A stretch of DNA of 64,000 nucleotides from Elusimicrobiota bacterium. GTDB taxonomy: Bacteria; Elusimicrobiota; Elusimicrobia; FEN-1173. Both the position numbers and the translations under genes were made by a program. The stretch is from assembly GCA_016721625.1 (NCBI GenBank), contig JADKHR010000001.1, forward strand, positions 1,967,225-2,031,224. Direction: 5' to 3'. Below, in pieces: positions 49,476 through 59,387 of this stretch (the stretch's first letter is position 1; the number at the start of each line of letters is the position of its first letter). Below the pieces are notes generated by a model. The model ran no database searches. It was not told the origin of the DNA and saw nothing but the letters and a program-made list of their open reading frames with translations.

Positions 49476-51360
49476 GTGTGCGGGATAGTGGGTCTTTATA
49501 GTCGAGAACAGGGCACCGCCTGTTTCCTTACTTGGGAAAATGGCGGATGCTTTGGCTCACCGGGGACCGGATGGGGGCGGCGCTTGGGTTTCGCCCGACG
49601 GTCGGGTGGGGTTGGCCATGCGGCGGTTGGCGATCATTGATGTGGCGGGGGGGCGACAGCCGATCTTCAATGAAGATGGGACGGTGGGGATTGTTTTTAA
49701 CGGGGAGATTTATAATTTCGAGGTTTTGCGGAAAGAGTTGGAGGCCAAGGGGCACCGGTTTAAAACCCATTCGGACACGGAAACCATTGTCCATCTGTAT
49801 GAGGAAGAAGGCGTGGAGTGCGTTCGGCGGCTTCGGGGGATGTTCGCTTTTTCCTTGTGGGACGAGAAACGCCAGCGGTTGTTTTTAGCTCGGGACCGGT
49901 TCGGGAAAAAGCCGCTCTTCTACATGGAACGGGGCGGCCGGCTGGCGTGGGCGTCTGAACTTCAGGCGCTTAAAAAGTTCCCGGACTTTGATCCGGAAAT
50001 GCACCCCGAGGCGCTGGATCTGTTTTTAAGTTTTCAGTATATCCCCAGCCCGTTCACCATCTACAAAAATGTTCGGAAACTTCCCCCGGCCCACCGTTTG
50101 ATCGTGGAGAAAGGCGCGGTGCGGGTGGAACGGTATTGGGACCTTCCGGTTAACCAACCGCCCTTATCGATCGGGTTGGAAGAGGCCAAGTTCGAGATCC
50201 GCCGACGATTGACCGAGGCGGTCAAAATGCGACTGATCTCCGAGGTTCCTTTGGGCGCGTTTCTTTCGGGCGGTATCGATTCCTCCGTCATCGTGGGGCT
50301 CATGAGCGAATTGTCGGACCAGCCCGTTAAAACCTTTTCCATTGGGTTCGACCATGAGGAATTTTCCGAACTCCCCTTCGCCAAGGAGGTGGCCCGGCGG
50401 TTCGGGACCGACCACACGGAGTTCGTGGTCAAGCCCGAGATGGCGGAAGTGCTTCCCCTTCTGGCCCGCCATTACGGCGAGCCTTTCGCGGACCCCTCCG
50501 CCCTGCCGACCTATTACGTGGCGCGGGAGACCCGGCGGCACGTCACCGTGGCCTTGAACGGCGACGGGGGGGACGAGAACTTCGCGGGATACCTTCGGCA
50601 CGTGGCGGCCCTGGGGGCCCACAGGGCGCGGGCCGTTCCCGGAGCGGTTTGGAAAGCGGGGGCCAAAACGCTTTCCCTACTCGGAGATCGCGGGGGTTCC
50701 AAGGGGTGGGTGTGGCGGGTTCGGCGCTTGATGGAGAGCGTGGGGGAATCGGACCCCGCGGCGCGCCATCTCGGGTTTTCTTGTTTTTTCCCGGACCCGC
50801 TCAAACGCGCGCTCTATACGGAAGCCTTCGCTTCCCGGGTTGCCGAGGGACGGGCGTTGCGCTATATTCGACAAGCCTTCGACCGGGCGCCCAGCGCCGA
50901 TGTCATCAACCGGACGCTCTACACGGATTTTTCGACCTATTTGCCGGAATGTTTGATGACGAAAGTCGACATCGCCTCCATGGCGGTTTCTTTGGAGGGA
51001 CGGTCGCCGCTCCTGGACCACGATTTCGCGGAGTTCGTGTTCCGACTGCCCGGCCGGTGGAAATTAAAGGGATGGTCCCAGACCAAATGGATTTTCAAAG
51101 AAACCTTCAAGGATCTCCTTCCCCCGTCGATCTTGAAGCGGAAAAAAATGGGGTTTGGGATTCCTTTGGGACCCTGGTTTCGGGGGCCGCTCCGTCCGAT
51201 GTTTCAGGAGACCGTGCTTTCTCCCGAGGCGCTCCAGCGGGGCTATTTCCGGCCCGAGGTTCTTCAGGGATTATGGGACGAGCACCAATCGGGCCGACGG
51301 GACCACGGGTATCGCCTGTGGGCTCTCCTCATGCTGGAAATGTGGCAACGCCATGGGTGA
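49476..51360 (+). CDS. asnB: asparagine synthetase (glutamine-hydrolysing), N-terminal frame change
   Basis: GTG-TGC at 49476 gives (M)CGIVGLYSREQG... with catalytic Cys2; frame changes by +1 near 49500 into ORF 49540-51360 (...MADALAHRGPDG...NGEIYN...); PP-loop ...LSGGIDSSVIVGLM... Confidence 0.8.
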
Positions 51361-52438
51361 ACCTTTGACCCTGGCGGCGGAGGCGTGGGATCGGACGACG
51401 GCCACGGCCGTTAAGCACCATGTGTTTCAAACCGCGGGTTGGTCCGAGGTTAAAGCCCCGTCGGGCTGGCGGGCGCACCGTCTTTGTGTGGAACGGGACG
51501 GCGTTTTCCGGGTGGGGCTCCAGGTTTTGGAGCGGGATTTTCCAAAAATTCGGTACCGTTTTTTTTACGCGCCCCGGGGCCCGGTTCTCTCGGAGGGATG
51601 GACGGCGGAGGATTTGGCGGAACTGTTCCGTCGAGTGGAAAAGCTGGCGCGGGAACGTAAAGCGGTTTTTCTTAAGATCGATCCCGATGTCTCAAAAACG
51701 ATGGACTGGATTTCGGGGCCTCTTTTGCAAAACGGGTTTCGGCGGGCGCCGGAGACGGGCGGGTTTTCGGGGGTTCAGCCTCGGCTGGTGTTTCGCTTGG
51801 ATATTTCGAAGAGCGAAGAGGATCTTCTGAAGGGGATGGATCAGAAGACCCGCTACAACATTCGTTTGGCGGAAAAGAAGGGCGTGACCATCCGCCCGGT
51901 CGCTTCCCGCGAAGAGATTGAAACCTTCTACCGCATCCTCGTCGATACGGCCCGCCGGGACGGATTTTTGATTCGGCCGGCGGGGTATTTTTTGGACATT
52001 CAAAAGCGGTTGGGCGCGCAGGGGAAGGCTCAATTTTTCCTGGCCGAGCGCGAGGGGAAACCGATTTCCGGGGCCCTGGCGCTCACCCATGGGAAAACAA
52101 CCTGGTATGCTTACGGCGCCAGCGCCAACACCGACCGTCAATACATGCCCAACCATCTGATGCAATGGACCATGATCCGCTGGGCGAAATCCAACGCCTG
52201 CACGCTCTACGATTTCCGCGCCGTGCCGAGCAACCCGAAACCGGAGGATCCGCTGTACGGGTTGTATCGGTTCAAGAAAGGCTTTGGGGCGGAACTGACG
52301 GAGTTTGTGGGGGAATACGACCGCGTGTATGTCCCTTGGCTCTATTTCCTGTGGGTTCATGGGTGGCCGATCTTTAAGAAAATCCGGCGGGCGATCCTCC
52401 TTCGTCCGTCCCGTTCGACTCGTCCCGAGGCCGACTGA
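51353..52438 (+). CDS. FemAB-family aminoacyltransferase (peptidoglycan branch formation-like)
   Basis: ATG 51353 overlapping asnB end; ...WYAYGASANTDRQYMPNHLMQWTMIRWAKSNACTLYDFRAV... characteristic of FemAB/FemX family. Confidence 0.65.
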   Translation: MGEPLTLAAEAWDRTTATAVKHHVFQTAGWSEVKAPSGWRAHRLCVERDGVFRVGLQVLERDFPKIRYRFFYAPRGPVLSEGWTAEDLAELFRRVEKLARERKAVFLKIDPDVSKTMDWISGPLLQNGFRRAPETGGFSGVQPRLVFRLDISKSEEDLLKGMDQKTRYNIRLAEKKGVTIRPVASREEIETFYRILVDTARRDGFLIRPAGYFLDIQKRLGAQGKAQFFLAEREGKPISGALALTHGKTTWYAYGASANTDRQYMPNHLMQWTMIRWAKSNACTLYDFRAVPSNPKPEDPLYGLYRFKKGFGAELTEFVGEYDRVYVPWLYFLWVHGWPIFKKIRRAILLRPSRSTRPEAD

Positions 52439-53506
52439 TGTCGTCAATGGACCACGCTCTGCGCTGGGTGGAGGTGAATCTGGCCGCCATCGCCCACAAC
52501 GTGCGGGCGGTGAGGCGGGGAAATCGGGCCGGGCCTTGGCTTCGCCGCGGTCGTCAAGGCCGACGGGTATGGCCACGGAGCGCCGGCGGTGGCCCGGGTA
52601 GCCCTCGCCTCGGGCGCCGACTTGCTGGCCGTGACCGATCTGAACGAGGCCCTGGCCCTTCGCGCCGCTGGGCTCGGCGCTTCGATCCTGATCACCGGGC
52701 CGGTGAATCCCGCGCGGGCGGGCGTGGTGTCCGAAAACAAATTTTCTGTGATGGTGGACAACCCCCGCCTCCTTCGCGCCCTCTCGTCCTTGAACGCTCG
52801 GCGGCCTGTGTCGGTGCAGATCGAGGTCGACCTGGGACTGGGCCGGTGGGGGGTTGGGCTCCAGGATCTCCCAAAATTTTATCGTTTGGTGGAAAAAGCT
52901 CCTGGGGTTCGCTTAGATGGGATCTATGCCCATCCCGGCTATGTGGCCGGGAAAAACGGTCCTTTGATTCGAAAACGGTTGGCCGAGTTTTGCGCCGTGA
53001 CGGATCGGTTGTTCGCCGACGGCCGCGCCGTTCCGCGCCATGTGGCCAATAGTGCTCTCCTTCTGGATTTTCCAAAATACCGATGGGACGGAGTTCGGGT
53101 GGGGAACCTTCTCTACGGCATCCATTCGACTCCGGGGGTTCTCTCGCTCCAAAACCCCTGGCGGCCCTTGTCCAAGATTGTTCGGATCGGGCGCGTTCAG
53201 GCGGGTCAGCGGATCGGGTATGGGAGCGAGTCTATTTTCCCCCGCGCCATGACGGTGGGGACTATTCCCGTGGGCTACGGACACGGGTTGACGTTGGAAC
53301 CGGCGTCGGTCTTGAAGGGGCGCCGGCCCTCCTTCCATTATTGGGGAATGGTTCGCGGGGTTCGGTGCCCGTTCATCGGAAAACCTGGAATGAATCACGT
53401 CTTGGTGGATTTGAGCGGCGTGGCGAAACCCCGGGAGGGGGAAGAGATTCAGATGCCCCTTCGACGAACGGCCGCGGCCCACTGGCCCAAGGTCTATCTC
53501 CGTTAG
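52438..53506 (+). CDS. alr: alanine racemase, N-terminal frame change
   Basis: N-terminus MSSMDHALRWVEVNLAAIAHNVRAVRR... then frame change near 52510 into ...LGFAAVVKADGYGHGAPAVA... (PLP-lysine motif) and ORF 52589-53506. Confidence 0.75.
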
Positions 53507-53516
53507 GCCGTTCTCC

Positions 53517-54632
53517 GTGCAGGTTCTCGCCGCTCCCAACGCTTTCAAAGGATCGCTTTCCGCCCGCGCCGCGGCGCGGGCCCTGGCGAGGGGGGCGCGC
53601 GGGGTCGGCGTTCGCGTGGTTCAGTGTCCTCTGGCCGACGGCGGGGACGGGACGTTGGACGTGCTACGAGACCCTCTCGGCTTGACCCTCCGCCGGACGC
53701 GGGTCCTCGATCCGCTGGGGCGCCCCCTCCTGGCCGCATGGGGATACAATCCGAATTCCCGCCAGGCGGTGGTGGAGATGGCGCGCGCCTCGGGGCTGGC
53801 CCTGTTGTCTCCCCAGGAACACGACCCCATGAAGACCACCAGTTTCGGCACCGGCCAATTGATCGCCGCCGCCCTCCGGGCGGGGGCCCGGAATATTTGG
53901 GTGGGGTTGGGCGGGAGCGCCACCGTCGACGGCGGGTTAGGGATTCTTCAGGCGTTGGGGGCCCTGGTGTGGGTCCGCGCGGCAGGGCGGGTGGTCCCCT
54001 TGGACCGGCCCGCTACGGGAGCCGATTTAATTTCGCTTTGCGAGGTGGGCGTCGCGAAGACGCGCGGTGTGCGTTTGAGGGTTCTCTGTGATGTGCTCAA
54101 TCCCCTCTTGGGCTCGCGTGGGGCGGCCCGCGCTTTCGGGCCTCAAAAGGGGGCTTCTCCGTCAGGGATTCGCCGACTGGAAGGCGGGCTCAAAATCCTC
54201 CAGCGCCTGGCTCGGGCCCAGGGGCGACCGGTGTCTCCCTTGGTGGGTGCCGGCGCGGCGGGGGGCGCCGCGGCCGGATTGTTCGGCTTTGCCGGGGCCC
54301 CATGCGTCAGCGGCGTCGGCGCCATTTTTCGCCTCCTGGGTTTGGAGGAAAAGGTTAAACAGGCGGATTTAGTCTTGACCGGCGAAGGCCGGGTGGACCG
54401 GACCTCCTGGGAAGGGAAGGCCCTCGGGGAATTGGCTCGACTCTGTGGGCGATGGGGTAAACCGCTTTTTGTTTTGGCGGGCGAAACGGGTCCCGGCTAT
54501 CGGAGGCGGGGGGCGCCGGTGTTTCTCATCGGGTCCGCCGGCATGGGGAAGGAGGAAAAGATCCGTCGTGCCGCTTCGCTGGTTCAAGGGACGGCGGACC
54601 GAATCCTGAAAAAATGGAGAGGGGAAGAATGA
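53517..54632 (+). CDS. glxK: glycerate kinase
   Basis: ...VLAAPNAFKGSLSARAAARAL...CPLADGGDGT... N-terminal signature of glycerate kinase family. Confidence 0.75.
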   Translation: MQVLAAPNAFKGSLSARAAARALARGARGVGVRVVQCPLADGGDGTLDVLRDPLGLTLRRTRVLDPLGRPLLAAWGYNPNSRQAVVEMARASGLALLSPQEHDPMKTTSFGTGQLIAAALRAGARNIWVGLGGSATVDGGLGILQALGALVWVRAAGRVVPLDRPATGADLISLCEVGVAKTRGVRLRVLCDVLNPLLGSRGAARAFGPQKGASPSGIRRLEGGLKILQRLARAQGRPVSPLVGAGAAGGAAAGLFGFAGAPCVSGVGAIFRLLGLEEKVKQADLVLTGEGRVDRTSWEGKALGELARLCGRWGKPLFVLAGETGPGYRRRGAPVFLIGSAGMGKEEKIRRAASLVQGTADRILKKWRGEE

Positions 54633-55591
54633 AAAACCGAGTGCTCGTCACGCGTCGGATCCCTCCGGAGGGTCTGGCGGTTCTCCAGGACCATGGGTTC
54701 GCGGTGGAGTTGAACCCCGAGGATCGGCCCATGACCAAGCTCGAAATTATTGGTTCCTTAAACGGCGTCGATGCCCTGCTCACCCAACTGGTGGACCCCG
54801 TGAACCGCGAGGTGATCGAGGCCGGCAAGAGCCTGCGGGTCATTGCGGCCTATGCCGCGGGATACGACAACATCGACGTCCCCGCCGCGGCGGAGCGGGG
54901 CATCGTGGTGACGAACACTCCCCGGGTATTAACGGAGGCCACGGCGGAAATGGCCTGGTCTCTCCTTCTCTCCGCCGCTCGCCGGGTGGCGGAGGGGGAC
55001 CGCTTGACGCGGTCCGGGGGGTTTCGGGGCTGGGCGCCCCTGTTTCATCTCGGGCAAGGAATCACCGGAAAGGTTCTTGGGATCGTGGGGGCGGGGCGTA
55101 TCGGTACGGCGGTGGCGCGGATGTCCCGAGGGTTCCAGATGAAGATCCTCTATTGGGGACGAACCCGGAACGAGGAGATCGAAAAAGAGTTGGCCGGACG
55201 GAAGGTGGAACTGACGGAACTTTTGAAAGAAAGTGATTTCGTTTCGCTTCATGTGCCCCTTAGCGCGGAAACGCGGCACCTGATCGGAAAAAAAGAGTTG
55301 GAACTCATGAAACCCACTTCGGTTTTGGTGAATACCGCCCGGGGCCCGGTGATCGATGAAGCGGCTCTGGTCCTCGCGCTTCGGGCCGGGCGGCCCTTCG
55401 CGGCGGGGCTCGATGTTTACGAGAAGGAGCCGTTGCTCTCCCCGGGATTAGCCGATTTACCGAACGTTGTTCTGGCGCCTCATGCGGGGTCGGCCACCGT
55501 GGAAACGCGGGCCCGCATGGCGGTCTTGGCGGCGGAAAATATTGCGGCGGTCTTGGAGGGGCGGCCGCCCCTCACTCCGGTCGGGGGTTGA
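54629..55591 (+). CDS. D-isomer-specific 2-hydroxyacid dehydrogenase (glyoxylate/hydroxypyruvate reductase-like)
   Basis: ATG 54629 overlaps glxK stop; NAD-binding ...VLGIVGAGRIGTAVARM...; ...VNTARGPVIDEAAL... Confidence 0.8.
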   Translation: MKNRVLVTRRIPPEGLAVLQDHGFAVELNPEDRPMTKLEIIGSLNGVDALLTQLVDPVNREVIEAGKSLRVIAAYAAGYDNIDVPAAAERGIVVTNTPRVLTEATAEMAWSLLLSAARRVAEGDRLTRSGGFRGWAPLFHLGQGITGKVLGIVGAGRIGTAVARMSRGFQMKILYWGRTRNEEIEKELAGRKVELTELLKESDFVSLHVPLSAETRHLIGKKELELMKPTSVLVNTARGPVIDEAALVLALRAGRPFAAGLDVYEKEPLLSPGLADLPNVVLAPHAGSATVETRARMAVLAAENIAAVLEGRPPLTPVGG

Positions 55592-55600
55592 CCGGGATCG

Positions 55601-57811
55601 TTATTCGGTAATTTCTTCCTCGGGAGGCGCCTCTTCGGTTTCGTGGTCCACGGGGCAAAACTCCGTGGGGACGGCGCCCTCCCGAAAGGATTCAAGGACG
55701 ACGTTCGGGCAGGTGGGGAGTGCCAAGAATCCCGTGTCCCGATCAATCTTGGCGAAGGCGATCCCGGTGGGCATGGCGAAGTCCCGGTTCGGAACGTATT
55801 TCACCGCCTGGGCCATGTACTCAGTCCAGAGGGGCACGGTGGTTCCCGCGCTGGTCAGGTTCTTCCCCAGGGACGTGAAATCGTCATAGCCGATCCAAAC
55901 CCCCGTCACTAAATCCGGAACGAAACCGATAAACCAAAGGTCGCGCATGTCTTGGGTGGTCCCCGTTTTTCCGGCCGCAGGCCGGCCCAGGGTTCGGGCG
56001 TAGGAGCCGGTGCCTTCCTGGACCACGGCCTGCATGAGCCGGGTGATGAGATACGCGCTTTGGGGGGAAACGCCCGGCGACCCCTGCCCGACGTTTTCTT
56101 CCAACACCTTCCCGTTTCGGTCGATGACGCGGACGACGGTGTAAGGTTTCATGTGAACGCCTGCGTTGGCAAAGGAGCCGATGGCGCTCACCATCTCCAG
56201 CGGCGTCACCACCGAGGACCCGAGTCCCAGGGCCAACACGGGATCCAGGTTGCTGGTGATCCCGGCGCTGTGGGCCACGTTGACCACGGCTTTCGGTCCC
56301 ACACGGTCGATCAATCGAACGGACACCAAGTTCCGGGAGAAAGCCAATCCTCGCCGCAGGGTCACGGGTCCCAGAAATTTGTTGTCCCAGTTTTGGGGGG
56401 ACCAGATCGGGTCCGGTGCGTCCGGTTCCCGAGGGACGGTGTAGTATCCCGTCACCATCTCCCTTAAGGTCGCGTAGTCCGTGGCCTCGGCCACGAGGCG
56501 AGGACGGTGTTCCACATCTGTGTAGGCGATGGGAAGGTCGTCCACGATGGTGGCGGCGGTCATCCCCGCGTCCAGCGCCGCCAACCACACGAAGGGTTTA
56601 AAGGTCGAGCCTGGCTGGCGCTTGGCCTGGAGCGCGCGGTTGAATTGGCTTTCTTGAAAATCTCGACCGCCCACCAAAGCGCGGATGCCGCCCGTGTGCG
56701 GATCCAAAGACACCAACGCCCCTTGAACCGGGATCGGTTCCGGAACGTCCTCGGGCTCCTCGTTCTTAAGCGGGTCGGCTTTCCACTTTTTCCAGCGGGC
56801 GACGAAATCTTCGCTGATCTTTTTGTTTTTGAGGAGCGCAATCAGTCGTTGCTCCGCGTAACGATCGTCGAAAGCCGCCCAATGTTTTTGGGCCGTTTCT
56901 TCCGCCGCCCGTTGCATCCGCACGTCCATGGTGGTGTAGATGGACAGGCCGCCTTTATAAAGAGCTTCGGCGCCATAGGTGGGTTCCAACTGAATCCGCA
57001 CGCTTTCGACGAAATAGGAGGCGTTCACCTTTTCCGGCGGTTTTTTACGGAAATTGTGCGCCATGGCCATGGCGTGCAACTGTTCCTGTTCGGTGATGTA
57101 GCCCTCCTCCCGCATGCGGCGGAGCACGAGGTTTCGACGGCGGATGGCGCGGTCCGGCCGCCGAAAGGGAGAAAAACGTTCGGGTCCTTTCGGCAGGCCG
57201 GCCAAAAGAGCGCATTCCGGCAGAGTCAATTCCTGGGCGGACTTTCCGAAAAACGTGCGGGCGGCGCTTTCGATCCCGTAGGCCCCGTGACCAAAATAAA
57301 TTTGGTTGATGTAAAGTTGAAGAATTTCGTCCTTGCTTAGACTGCGCTCGATTTGAAGGGTTAACAACATTTCTTTCACTTTGCGGGAGAGCGTTCTCTC
57401 CCGCGTCAGGAAGATGTTCTTGGCGAGTTGTTGGGTGACGGTGGAGGCGCCTTGCACCATGCGACGGGCGCGGAAATTGGCCCACATGGCCCGGGCGATT
57501 CCCCGTGGATCGATGCCCATGTGTTTATAAAAGTCATTGTCTTCGATGGCCAGCACCGCGCGTTGCATGTCCATCGGGATGAGCGGGAGCGGGAGGATGC
57601 TCCGCTTTTCAACGAAAAGCTCGGTCACCAGTTCTCCCCGAACGTCGTATATTTTAGTGACGAGCGAAGGAGTGTAATGGTCTAAATTCTGAACGGTGGG
57701 GAGGTCCCCCAAAAAGCGTTTCAAGAAGAGCCCGAGCCCCAACACCCCGATCGTGAAAAGCACCAGGAGGGTCGCCAGGGTGCGACGGAAGCGAACGAAA
57801 GGATTGATCAT
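55601..57811 (-). CDS. class A penicillin-binding protein (PBP1A, bifunctional transglycosylase/transpeptidase)
   Basis: 736-aa minus-strand ORF; N-terminal anchor, transglycosylase motifs (...AIEDNDFYKHMGIDPRG..., ...TVTQQLAKNIFL...), transpeptidase region downstream. Confidence 0.9.
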   Translation of the reverse strand: MINPFVRFRRTLATLLVLFTIGVLGLGLFLKRFLGDLPTVQNLDHYTPSLVTKIYDVRGELVTELFVEKRSILPLPLIPMDMQRAVLAIEDNDFYKHMGIDPRGIARAMWANFRARRMVQGASTVTQQLAKNIFLTRERTLSRKVKEMLLTLQIERSLSKDEILQLYINQIYFGHGAYGIESAARTFFGKSAQELTLPECALLAGLPKGPERFSPFRRPDRAIRRRNLVLRRMREEGYITEQEQLHAMAMAHNFRKKPPEKVNASYFVESVRIQLEPTYGAEALYKGGLSIYTTMDVRMQRAAEETAQKHWAAFDDRYAEQRLIALLKNKKISEDFVARWKKWKADPLKNEEPEDVPEPIPVQGALVSLDPHTGGIRALVGGRDFQESQFNRALQAKRQPGSTFKPFVWLAALDAGMTAATIVDDLPIAYTDVEHRPRLVAEATDYATLREMVTGYYTVPREPDAPDPIWSPQNWDNKFLGPVTLRRGLAFSRNLVSVRLIDRVGPKAVVNVAHSAGITSNLDPVLALGLGSSVVTPLEMVSAIGSFANAGVHMKPYTVVRVIDRNGKVLEENVGQGSPGVSPQSAYLITRLMQAVVQEGTGSYARTLGRPAAGKTGTTQDMRDLWFIGFVPDLVTGVWIGYDDFTSLGKNLTSAGTTVPLWTEYMAQAVKYVPNRDFAMPTGIAFAKIDRDTGFLALPTCPNVVLESFREGAVPTEFCPVDHETEEAPPEEEITE

Positions 57812-57939
57812 GGGACCCCATCCTACGTTTTTGGGGAGCCCCCTTCAATAGTTTATCGACGGAATAACGGCCCACTTCATCCTTGCGAAGCCAGCCCTGG
57901 GATGCTAAAATCGCCTCTATTATCCGTCCTTTTTATTTT

Positions 57940-58011
57940 TCCCCGGTAGCTCAATGGTGGAGCGGTCGGCTGTTAACCGACAGGATGTTGGTTCGAGTCC
58001 AACCCGGGGAG
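57940..58011 (+). tRNA. tRNA-Asn (anticodon GTT)
   Basis: Cloverleaf folded by hand: acceptor TCCCCGG/CCGGGGA, D-arm GCTC/GAGC, anticodon stem GTCGG/CCGAC with loop CTGTTAA (anticodon GTT), T-arm GTTGG/TTCGAGT/CCAAC; CCA not encoded. Confidence 0.85.
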
Positions 58012-58019
58012 CTTTTGGT

Positions 58020-58078
58020 GTCCGGCTTTTCGTCGGGGCACGCTCGCGCGTGGCGACGGGAGGCCGGACTCTTTTTTT
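58020..58078 (+). terminator. putative rho-independent terminator after tRNA-Asn
   Basis: GTCCGGC (58020-58026) pairs with GCCGGAC (58063-58069) around a structured loop, followed by TCTTTTTTT. Confidence 0.4.
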
Positions 58079-58142
58079 GTTCAATCCGGTCGATGGGGAC
58101 ATCCATGAAAAATGATCGGCGGGGAAGAAGGGGCGTCTTTTT

Positions 58143-59387
58143 GTGGAAATGAAAAATCCGGGGAACGGGCCTCTCCGCGTGGTGGTTGTCGGTGGCGGGG
58201 CGGCGGGGTTTTTTGGCGCCATTGTTTGCGCGGAGGCGAACCCTGGGGCTCGGGTGACCGTTTTGGAGAAGGGGGAGGGGGTTTTGCGGAAGGTCCTTCT
58301 CTCCGGCGGGGGGCGCTGCAATGTCACCCATGCCTGTTTTGAGCCGAGGGCGCTCGTGGGACATTACCCGCGGGGGCATCGAGAACTTTTGGGGGCGTTT
58401 CAACGGTTTCAGCCTCGGGACACGATGGAGTGGTTTGAGTCTCGGGGAGTGGAGCTTAAAACGGAGGAAGACGGCCGGGTTTTTCCGGTCAGCGACCGAG
58501 CCGGGAGCATCGTGGATGCGTTGTTGAACGCGGCTCAAGCCGCGGGCGTGGGCGTCCGAACCGGAGCGGGCCCTCGGGCGGTGGAGCGTTCAGAGCCATC
58601 GGGTTTTAAGCTTGTCTTGGAAGGAGGCGAATCCCTCCACGCCGACCGGCTCCTTTTGGCCACAGGAAGCGGACGGCAGGGATACGCCTGGGCCCGGCGG
58701 TTGGGCCATTCCCTTGTGCCTCCGGTACCCTCCCTCTTTACATTTTCGATCTCCGACAAACGGTTGGAAGGCTTGGCGGGCGTGGCGGTGGAAAACGCTC
58801 TTCTTTATTTGGAGGACACCGCGCTTTCTCAATCGGGGCCCGTTCTCATTACCCATGGGGGATTGAGCGGGCCCGCCGTCTTAAAATTATCGGCCTGGGG
58901 CGCGCGCGAGCTGAGCGAACGGGGGTATGTGGCGAAACTCCGGATCCATTGGGCCGGGGGCTCAACGGAGGAAGTCCAGGCTCGGTTCCAGGAGATGCGG
59001 AACATCGCGGGCCCAAAAACCGTAGGGGGGCGTTCGCCCCTGGGGATTCCTCAACGTTTGTGGGAGCGGCTGGTTCAGTCGGCCGGCGTGGGCCGTGAAC
59101 GGAGATGGGCGGATCTTTCCATGGCCGAGCGAGCGCGTCTGGTGGGGGAAATCACCGGGGGAATTTTTGAAATGACAGGAAAGGGAGCGTTTAAGGAAGA
59201 GTTCGTGACCGCGGGCGGCGTGCCGCTAAATGAGGTAAACTTCAAAACCATGGAAAGCCGCCGGTCTCCCCATCTCTTCTTTGCGGGCGAAATTTTGGAC
59301 ATCGACGGCGTCACCGGGGGTTTCAACTTCCAAAGCGCCTGGACCACCGGATGGCAGGCGGGCCGGGCCATGGCGAAGGAACCTTAA
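58143..59387 (+). CDS. HI0933-family NAD(P)/FAD-dependent flavoprotein
   Basis: GTG start; FAD-binding ...RVVVVGGGAAGFFGA...; ...LLSGGGRCNVTH... Confidence 0.75.
   Translation: MEMKNPGNGPLRVVVVGGGAAGFFGAIVCAEANPGARVTVLEKGEGVLRKVLLSGGGRCNVTHACFEPRALVGHYPRGHRELLGAFQRFQPRDTMEWFESRGVELKTEEDGRVFPVSDRAGSIVDALLNAAQAAGVGVRTGAGPRAVERSEPSGFKLVLEGGESLHADRLLLATGSGRQGYAWARRLGHSLVPPVPSLFTFSISDKRLEGLAGVAVENALLYLEDTALSQSGPVLITHGGLSGPAVLKLSAWGARELSERGYVAKLRIHWAGGSTEEVQARFQEMRNIAGPKTVGGRSPLGIPQRLWERLVQSAGVGRERRWADLSMAERARLVGEITGGIFEMTGKGAFKEEFVTAGGVPLNEVNFKTMESRRSPHLFFAGEILDIDGVTGGFNFQSAWTTGWQAGRAMAKEP

Noticed and set aside
57940-58011. tRNA-Asn as integration site of the glycan island
   Set aside because: The tRNA lies ~8 kb beyond the island's apparent right edge, separated by housekeeping genes, and no integrase or direct repeat of the tRNA 3' end was seen.
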